Positions 57,548 to 64,000 of a stretch of 64,000 nt of DNA are shown one piece after another. Under the pieces are notes generated by a model, which was given only the letters and a program-made list of their open reading frames with translations, was not told where the DNA came from and searched no databases. Within the stretch, counting starts at the first letter, position 1. Each line of letters begins with the position of its first letter. The translations under genes were made by a program, and so were the position numbers. This stretch comes from Acidobacteriota bacterium (GTDB lineage Bacteria; Acidobacteriota; UBA6911; JACQSX01): the NCBI GenBank assembly GCA_036507075.1, contig DASXQR010000163.1, positions 1,818-65,817 on the forward strand, read 5' to 3'.

Positions 57548-59785
57548 ATGCAGGAAACGCTGGTGGGGCGTTCCATTGCCCGCAAAGAAGGACGCGACAA
57601 AGTCACGGGGAAAGCCTGTTACGTCGACGACATGTCCCTTGCGGGAATGATATACGGCGCAACCGTCAGAAGCCCGGTCGCCCGCGGAAGGATCCGAAAC
57701 ATCACTTTTGCTCCGGGCATACCATGGGAGCAATTCACCATTGTCACGGCTGCAGACATCCCGGGCAGAAACGTCGTTGCGCTCATTTCCGATGATCAGC
57801 CGTATCTGGCAGACCGTACTGTAAATCATGCCGAAGAACCGGTCCTCCTGATCGCCCATTCCGACAAGTACCTGCTGGAAGAAGCACGCAGGCGGATAGC
57901 GATTGAAATCGAACCGCTGCCTGCGGTTTTTAGCATCGAAGACTCCCTGGCCGGGACGGAAGTCATCTGGGGTTCCGACAATATTTTCAAAACCTATCTT
58001 GTCGAGAAGGGGGCCGTCGACGAGGTCTGGAGGGATGCTGCGCTCATCGTGGAAGGCGAGTACAGTACCGGCGCGCAGGAACAGCTCTACATCGAAACCA
58101 ATGGAATGATTGCTGTGGCCGATCCGCGGCAGGGCGTGACCGTGTGGGGTTCAATGCAATGTCCCTACTATGTACACCGTGCTTTGATGACGCTGTTTGG
58201 CATGCCCGAGGACAAGATCCGCGTGGTTCAACTGGAAACCGGGGGCGGTTTTGGCGGCAAGGAAGAATATCCGTCCATGATCGCCGGGCACGCCGCGCTG
58301 CTCGCATGGAAATCCGGCCGGCCCGTGAAAGTCATTTATGACCGGTTTGAGGATATGGTCGCAACCACCAAGAGACACCCGTCCGTGACGCGGCATCGCA
58401 CGGCGGTGAGCGGCGACGGGAAGCTGCTTGCGATGGATGTGGATTTCACTATTGACGGCGGCGCCTATGCGACACTTTCTTCGGTAGTTCTTTCGCGCGG
58501 CACAATCCATGCCGCCGGACCCTATTTCTGCCCCAACGTGAGAATTCGCAGTCGCGCTGTGGCCACCAGTTATCCTCCTCACGGGGCTTTCCGCGGATTT
58601 GGCGCGCCGCAAAGTCTTTTTGCGCTCGAGAGACACATGAACAAGGTGGCTCAGGCCTTGAACCTGAGCCCGGAAGAGTTCCGCCGGCGGAACTTTCTTC
58701 ATCAGGGACAAGCAACCGCTACTGCCCAGATAATCAAGGAGAGGATCGATCTCGAACGGTTGATGAATCGAGCCTTTGAATTGTCAAATTACCATGAAAA
58801 AAGAAAGCAATGCTCTCTGCAGAATCCCAACCAGAAAGTGCGCAAGGGGATCGGATTCTCTTGCTTCATGCACGGGGCGGGCTTTACCGGTTCCGGAGAA
58901 CGCTACCTGAAATCCGTGGTTGCCGTTCAGGCCACGGCTGCCGGCCAGGTTCAAATTTTGACTTCAAGCATCGAGATGGGCCAGGGCACCAAAACGGTCC
59001 TGGTACAAATCGCAGCGCAGACACTCGGCCTTGGCTGCGAAAGTGTGGAGCTGAGTCAGGTGGACACGGCTGCCGTGCCAAACAGCGGACCGACGGTGGC
59101 CTCGCGCACCTGCATGATTGTGGGAAAGCTGGTGGAAACGGCCGCCGCAGGGCTGAAGCAAACCCTGATCGCCGCAGGTTTGCTTGCAGAAAGTTACAGT
59201 GCTGAAGAATTCCGGAGGGCTTGCCGATCCTATATCGAAGAATTTGGATCGCTTAAAGCTTTCAGCCAGTATCAGCCGGCGGCGGATATTTACTGGGATG
59301 ACGACAAGTACCGCGGCGATGCCTATGGAACGTACGCCTGGGCCGTATATGTCGCCGAGGTAAGTGTCGACATGGTGACCTTTGAAACGCGCGTGGATGA
59401 CTTCGTGGCGGTTCAGGAAGTGGGCAAGGTTATCAATCCAATTCTGGCGGCGGGACAAATCGAAGGGGGAGTGGCTCAGGGAATCGGCTTTGCGCTTTAC
59501 GAAAACACGGAGTGGAAAGAAGGCCGCATGGTAAACAGCCAGATGACCAACTACATCATTCCCACCGCTCCCGACACACCGCCCATCCGAGTTCATTTTG
59601 AAGAGGCGCCTTACCGGGACGGTCCCTTCGGCGCAAAAGGATTGGGAGAGCTTCCCATCGACGGACCGGCGCCCGCGATTTTAAATGCGGTGGAGCATGC
59701 GACGGGACTAAGTATTAATCATGTTCCTCTCACACCGGAGGCGCTGATGGAAGCCTTGGACGTTGAAAATGCCGGCCTCCGCTAA
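57548..59785 (+). CDS. Xanthine-dehydrogenase-family molybdopterin-binding subunit
   Basis: GGGFGGK, FRGFGAPQ, EMGQG, QIEGGVAQG, and GAKGLGE. Confidence 0.93.
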   Translation: MQETLVGRSIARKEGRDKVTGKACYVDDMSLAGMIYGATVRSPVARGRIRNITFAPGIPWEQFTIVTAADIPGRNVVALISDDQPYLADRTVNHAEEPVLLIAHSDKYLLEEARRRIAIEIEPLPAVFSIEDSLAGTEVIWGSDNIFKTYLVEKGAVDEVWRDAALIVEGEYSTGAQEQLYIETNGMIAVADPRQGVTVWGSMQCPYYVHRALMTLFGMPEDKIRVVQLETGGGFGGKEEYPSMIAGHAALLAWKSGRPVKVIYDRFEDMVATTKRHPSVTRHRTAVSGDGKLLAMDVDFTIDGGAYATLSSVVLSRGTIHAAGPYFCPNVRIRSRAVATSYPPHGAFRGFGAPQSLFALERHMNKVAQALNLSPEEFRRRNFLHQGQATATAQIIKERIDLERLMNRAFELSNYHEKRKQCSLQNPNQKVRKGIGFSCFMHGAGFTGSGERYLKSVVAVQATAAGQVQILTSSIEMGQGTKTVLVQIAAQTLGLGCESVELSQVDTAAVPNSGPTVASRTCMIVGKLVETAAAGLKQTLIAAGLLAESYSAEEFRRACRSYIEEFGSLKAFSQYQPAADIYWDDDKYRGDAYGTYAWAVYVAEVSVDMVTFETRVDDFVAVQEVGKVINPILAAGQIEGGVAQGIGFALYENTEWKEGRMVNSQMTNYIIPTAPDTPPIRVHFEEAPYRDGPFGAKGLGELPIDGPAPAILNAVEHATGLSINHVPLTPEALMEALDVENAGLR

Positions 59786-60254
59786 AGCGATCTCGGTTCG
59801 ATTCACGGTGAACGGAAGCGCGACCACCATCGAGGTGCATCCGATAAAGCGGCTCCTCGACGTGCTGCGTGAGGACCTGCGCCTTACCGGAACCAAGGAG
59901 GGCTGCGGGGAAGGCGAGTGCGGCGCCTGCGCGGTAATGGTGAACGGCCAATTGATCAACAGTTGTCTGGTGCCGGTGGCGCAGGTCGAAGGGGCTGAGA
60001 TAAAAACGATTGAGGCGCTGGCCACCCAGGATCAGCTTCACCGGGTCCAGGAAGCTTTTATTCAATTCGGGGGCGCGCAGTGCGGCGCCTGCACGCCGGG
60101 AATGGTACTGGCAGCCGTAAACCTGCTGGAGCGTATTCCTGAACCCAGCCAGGAACAAATAAAGACGGGATTAGCAGGCAATTTGTGTCGCTGCACGGGC
60201 TACACGAAGATTTTTGAGGCGGTGCTCAAGGTGTGCGCGAAAAACAGTGGTTGA
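59763..60254 (+). CDS. Xanthine-dehydrogenase-family 2Fe-2S subunit
   Basis: TKEGCGEGECGAC, QCGACTPG, and GNLCRCTGY. Confidence 0.95.
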   Translation: MKMPASAKAISVRFTVNGSATTIEVHPIKRLLDVLREDLRLTGTKEGCGEGECGACAVMVNGQLINSCLVPVAQVEGAEIKTIEALATQDQLHRVQEAFIQFGGAQCGACTPGMVLAAVNLLERIPEPSQEQIKTGLAGNLCRCTGYTKIFEAVLKVCAKNSG

Positions 60255-60330
60255 CGGGTTTGCGGGTTGACGGGTTGACGGGTTTGCAGGTTGCGGTTGA
60301 CGGGTTACGGGTTTGCAGGTTGCGGGTTGG
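60249..60330. repeat. GGGTTGAC/GGGTTTGC short tandem array
   Basis: About ten degenerate 7-8-bp units inside the xdh operon. Confidence 0.8.
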
Positions 60331-60401
60331 CGAGTGATCTGTTGACGAATTCGAAAATTAAAAATTCAGAATTACCAAACTCGGAAAACAGGCAATTTTC
60401 G

Positions 60402-60441
60402 TCTTTTTCTCGAGGGCAGCCAAACTAGATCACTACTCAAT
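60402..60441 (+). repeat. Dispersed 40-bp motif, copy 3
   Basis: TCTTTTTCTCGAGGGCAGCCAAACTAGATCACTACTCAAT. Confidence 0.7.
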
Positions 60442-60495
60442 TTTCAATATAGTGCTCTTTGATTTTTTTGAATTTCTAAATTTTCGATTCGCTTT

Positions 60496-61365
60496 ATGAG
60501 GGCTTATCTTCCCGCCTACGAATTAGTTACGCCTTCAGACCTGCATGAAGCGCTCGGGATGCTGGAGCGCGAGCCGGGCGCATGGAAAGTGTTTGCGGGC
60601 GGCACGGATCTGATGGTTTCGTTGGCGGCCGGCCATCTGCCGGCGGGGAAATTTATCAACCTATGGAACTTCGCCGAACTGAAAACGATTCGGGAAGATC
60701 CCGACCACATAACATTGGGAGCTCTGACCACTTACACGCAGGTGCAGGAAAACCGGACTCTGCAGTCTGAATTTCCTATGCTTTGCCAGGCTGCCTTTGA
60801 GACCGGCGGCATTGCGATTCAAAATCGAGGCACGCTCGGAGGAAACATCGCCAATGCTTCTCCTGCCGCCGATTCCTGTCCCCCATTGCTCGCCTATGAT
60901 GCAGAGCTGGAACTGGTGTCTGCGCGCGGCGCCCGCCGGGTGCCCTATCGAAATTTTCACACCGGGTATAAAGCAACTTTGATGCATCCTGATGAGTTGA
61001 TTGCGCAAATCCGGCTGCCGAGGCTTAACTCGCCTGCCTGGCGCCACTACTTTCGCAAGGTGGGAACCCGCAGGGCTCAGGCAATCTCAAAAGTCTGCCT
61101 TTCGGCGCGGGCACGGGTGCAATCCGGCAGAATCGAAGAGATTTGCATCGCGCTGGGAAGTATCGCGCCCACGGTAATCCGCTGCCCGAGTACAGAATCA
61201 ACGCTGACAGGCAGCACCATCGATCGTGGAATGATTGACCAGGCGCGCCAGGTGCTGGCCCGGGAGATTTCACCCATCAATGATATGCGCTCCACTGCCA
61301 GGTATCGAACCAGAGTGGCGGGAAATCTGCTGCAGGAATTCCTGGAAGGCCTGATACCGGAATGA
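60496..61365 (+). CDS. Xanthine-dehydrogenase-family FAD-binding subunit
   Basis: AGGTDL, IQNRGTLGGNIANASPAAD, and FRKVGTRRAQAISKV. Confidence 0.93.
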   Translation: MRAYLPAYELVTPSDLHEALGMLEREPGAWKVFAGGTDLMVSLAAGHLPAGKFINLWNFAELKTIREDPDHITLGALTTYTQVQENRTLQSEFPMLCQAAFETGGIAIQNRGTLGGNIANASPAADSCPPLLAYDAELELVSARGARRVPYRNFHTGYKATLMHPDELIAQIRLPRLNSPAWRHYFRKVGTRRAQAISKVCLSARARVQSGRIEEICIALGSIAPTVIRCPSTESTLTGSTIDRGMIDQARQVLAREISPINDMRSTARYRTRVAGNLLQEFLEGLIPE

Positions 61366-61406
61366 AAACTCACCGCGAAGGCGCGAAGGCCGCGAAACCA
61401 ACAACT

Positions 61407-62708
61407 ATGGCCGGGCTTTCCGTCCACCAGTCGCAAACTCTGGACAAACTACAGAGAGATTCGTTCGGCTATTTTATTCACGAAACAAACCCGGACAACG
61501 GCCTGGTGCTGGACAAAACCCGCGACGACTGGCCGGCAAACATCGCCGGGGTCGGCATGGCGCTGGCCGCGTATGTAATCGGCGCAGAGCGAGGCTTTAT
61601 CAGCCGCAAGGAAGCAGTGAAGCGGGTGCTGACATGCTTGCGTTTTTTCTCAACGTGCGAGCAAAGCCGGGGGGAGCAGGCCAGCGGGTTCCGTGGGTTT
61701 TACTATCACTTCCTCGACATGAAATCCGGACGGCGCGCCTGGAAGAGTGAGCTGTCCACTATCGATACGACTTTCCTTGTGGCGGGCGCGCTGGCTGCGG
61801 GAGCTTACTTTCAGGCCGAGGATGAACAGGAACAGGAAATACGAACCCTGGCTGATGCCCTGTACCGGCGGATGGACTGGAATTGGGCGCGAAACGGCGA
61901 CGCTCTTGTCTCGCATGGCTGGAAACCGGAAAGTGGATTCTTGCGTTATCGATGGCAGGGTTATGATGAAGCAATCCTGCTCTATATTCTTGGTCTCGGT
62001 TCTCCCACCTATCCGCTGCCCGAAGAGAGCTACCAGGCATGGGCTTCCACTTATCGCTGGAAGAAAATTTGTGGTTACGATTTCCTGTATGCCGGACCGC
62101 TGTTCATTCACCAGCTCTCTCATTTATGGGTTGATTTCCGACTCATACACGATGCCTTCATGCGCGACAAAGGGATTGACTATTTTGAGAACAGCCGGCG
62201 CGCCGCCTTTGTTCAGCGTGAATACGCCATCCGAAATCCGAAGGGATTTAAGGGATACTGCGAGACCTGCTGGGGAATCACTGCCAGTGACGGTCCCGGG
62301 CCCGCGGTCCGCAAAGTGGACGGGGTGCGGCGCCGGTTTTACGACTATGTAGCCCGCGGCGTGCCTTATGGTCCCGATGATGGGACGGTGGCTCCGTGGG
62401 CTGTGGTGGCGTCTTTGCCTTTTGCTCCCGAGATCGTGATTCCCACGATAGAGCATTTTCACCATCTAAAACTGAGGGCCGCCAACCCTTATGGATTCAA
62501 AGCAACCTTTAACCCCACGTTTCCCGGCAAACCTGGAAGCAAGTACGGATGGATTTCGCCCTGGCACTATGCCATCAACGAGGGTCCGACGGTGCTGATG
62601 ATTGAAAATTATCGCTCCGGTTTTCTTTGGGAATGCATGCGCCGCTGTCCCTATGTGGTGGCCGGATTACGCAGGGCCGGCTTTCGCGGCGGATGGCTCG
62701 AGGGTTAG
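61407..62708 (+). CDS. Glucoamylase-family (DUF3131/GH144-like) glycoside hydrolase
   Basis: NGLVLD, GFYYHFLDM, ELSTIDT, GPLFIHQLSH, WGITASDGP, and INEGP. Alternative start 61362 overlaps the upstream stop but its first codons are REP-derived. Confidence 0.85.
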   Translation: MAGLSVHQSQTLDKLQRDSFGYFIHETNPDNGLVLDKTRDDWPANIAGVGMALAAYVIGAERGFISRKEAVKRVLTCLRFFSTCEQSRGEQASGFRGFYYHFLDMKSGRRAWKSELSTIDTTFLVAGALAAGAYFQAEDEQEQEIRTLADALYRRMDWNWARNGDALVSHGWKPESGFLRYRWQGYDEAILLYILGLGSPTYPLPEESYQAWASTYRWKKICGYDFLYAGPLFIHQLSHLWVDFRLIHDAFMRDKGIDYFENSRRAAFVQREYAIRNPKGFKGYCETCWGITASDGPGPAVRKVDGVRRRFYDYVARGVPYGPDDGTVAPWAVVASLPFAPEIVIPTIEHFHHLKLRAANPYGFKATFNPTFPGKPGSKYGWISPWHYAINEGPTVLMIENYRSGFLWECMRRCPYVVAGLRRAGFRGGWLEG

Positions 62709-62883
62709 CATCGGGTCGTGCTTTGGTGTCGCGACGCGACATGCTGCACCCTCAAGGTCACACAAGTGTTCGCGACGCCTGAGTTTTGTTTCAGTCATCT
62801 TTGGCCTCAATGAAGACAGGAATATTTTGCCGCATGATAAGGTATTGCTTCTCGCGCAATAGCAGTCAAAGGTCTGAACCAGA

Positions 62884-63606
62884 ATGCTGAATGAAAACGA
62901 CCTCATTGTGCAGCTCAAAGTGAGAGTCCTGGGCAAAGCCACTCCAGCCAAGGACGCTGTGGTCTTCGGCGACATGTACCTGGTTGACGGCGCCTACGCG
63001 ATTAAGTGCGTTGAATTCGGGTGCGAAAATGTTCTGTTAATTGACACACTGGAAACGGCGAAGTGGGCGGAGTCGCGGAGAGCATATCCTCAGATCAATT
63101 TCTATAAAGGCGACTTTTCCAATGCCCTATTCATGAAAAGCTTCACACAGACTTACGAGATGGGTGTTTGTTTTGACGTCCTGCTGCATCAAGCGCCGCT
63201 TATCCATACGCTTCACCTGATGCTCGAGAAAGTGGAGCGGTCGTTTTGTATCGTCCAGCCTGTCCTGCGGGAGCAACGATTCAAAAACACGCTGATTTAT
63301 CTTCCCGGATCACCCCATGATGCTGAGCTCTATCCGCTGAGCGCGCGAGACGGAGAACGCCAGGTTTTCGACTTATATGAAGTGAACCATTCGCGCTGGA
63401 TCTGGGCTATGACACCCTCCTTCATCGATTCAGCCTTAAAGGGCGAAGGATTCGAAATTGATTACCAGGAAACACTCTGCCCCCTGCCAAATGACAACTG
63501 GTTGTGGTGGGGATGCGTGGCACGACGAGTGGCGGAAAGGCCAAAAGCCCACCACTGGAGCAATTACCGGACCAACAAGGAATTGTATGTGGGTGATTGG
63601 GCATAA
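62884..63606 (+). CDS. Hypothetical protein with class I SAM-methyltransferase-like features
   Basis: FYKGDF and YEMGVCFDVLLHQ resemble MTase motifs II-IV; motif I is atypical (VFGDMY). Confidence 0.6.
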   Translation: MLNENDLIVQLKVRVLGKATPAKDAVVFGDMYLVDGAYAIKCVEFGCENVLLIDTLETAKWAESRRAYPQINFYKGDFSNALFMKSFTQTYEMGVCFDVLLHQAPLIHTLHLMLEKVERSFCIVQPVLREQRFKNTLIYLPGSPHDAELYPLSARDGERQVFDLYEVNHSRWIWAMTPSFIDSALKGEGFEIDYQETLCPLPNDNWLWWGCVARRVAERPKAHHWSNYRTNKELYVGDWA

Positions 63607-63632
63607 GGCCTTGAGAAACTGCTCCGACGTGG

Positions 63633-64000
63633 CTACGCCGCACTCAGCTTGGCCAGCGTGTGGGCCAGGACCTCGGTGCCTGTGCTGATGTGTTCGGGCG
63701 ACGCATGCTCGTCCGGGCGATGGCTGATACCTTGGCGGCAGGGAATAAAGATCATCGTCGTGGGACAGATCTGCGCCATGAAAAGAGAATCATGGTAAGC
63801 GCGGCTGATCATCTTGCGGCACGGAATCTTCAGCTCGCGGCAGATCGCCTCGACTGCGGAAACAAGGTCCCCGTCGCAGGCTGCCGGGGGATCGGCATTG
63901 AGAACCTCAAAAGTTAATTCGATACCCCGGCGGCGCGATATTTCTTGAGCTGACGTCTCGATTTTGGCCAGGACCTGATCGCGGATGTCGGCATCGGTGT
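63633..64000 (-). CDS. 3' part of an M20 Zn amidohydrolase (ureidoglycolate/allantoate amidohydrolase-like), not in the ORF track
   Basis: Manual translation gives ...KMISRAYHDSLFMAQICPTTMIFIPCRQGISHRPDEHAS...LAKLSAA-stop (TAG at 63635-63633). Confidence 0.85.
   Translation of the reverse strand, partial: TDADIRDQVLAKIETSAQEISRRRGIELTFEVLNADPPAACDGDLVSAVEAICRELKIPCRKMISRAYHDSLFMAQICPTTMIFIPCRQGISHRPDEHASPEHISTGTEVLAHTLAKLSAA

Noticed and set aside
1-64000. tRNA, rRNA, integrase or prophage genes
   Set aside because: I saw no T-loop/CCA cloverleaf, rRNA signature, tyrosine/serine recombinase or phage structural gene by eye. tRNAscan-SE and Infernal would be needed to exclude small RNAs.

Overview
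A 64-kb bacterial chromosomal window, GC-rich. The gene content points to Acidobacteria or a similar soil/aquatic lineage (inference from the Oar-like TonB receptor, DUF1553/DUF1501 pair, wHTH-TolB-TPR regulator, MIGKTISHY-type kinase and Tat-exported Gfo/Idh/MocA). I annotate about 45 genes. They cover signalling (three PAS kinases, Crp, a membrane wHTH-TPR regulator), a cold-shock-like set (RhlE-like helicase, stand-alone RpoD paralog, small basic protein, Csp), envelope enzymes, a BtuF-like protein plus B12 radical SAM, a HigBA toxin-antitoxin pair and a purine-catabolism cluster. No tRNA, rRNA or CRISPR array is visible. Almost every intergenic gap holds palindromic or short-period repeats, and a REP-associated tyrosine transposase (RAYT) sits among its REP arrays. 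The best candidate for an undescribed system is the three-gene operon at 30937-34372: a kinase-like/SAM-methyltransferase fusion, a membrane LtaS/EptA-like transferase and a tiny YLDP-motif membrane peptide. Other notable signals are a 23-bp direct repeat bracketing a HigBA cassette, an OB-fold sensor kinase, a two-copy mini-element carrying a four-helix-bundle gene remnant, a three-copy 40-bp upstream motif and a terminator inside the csp leader. All family assignments come from motif recognition by eye; no database search was run.
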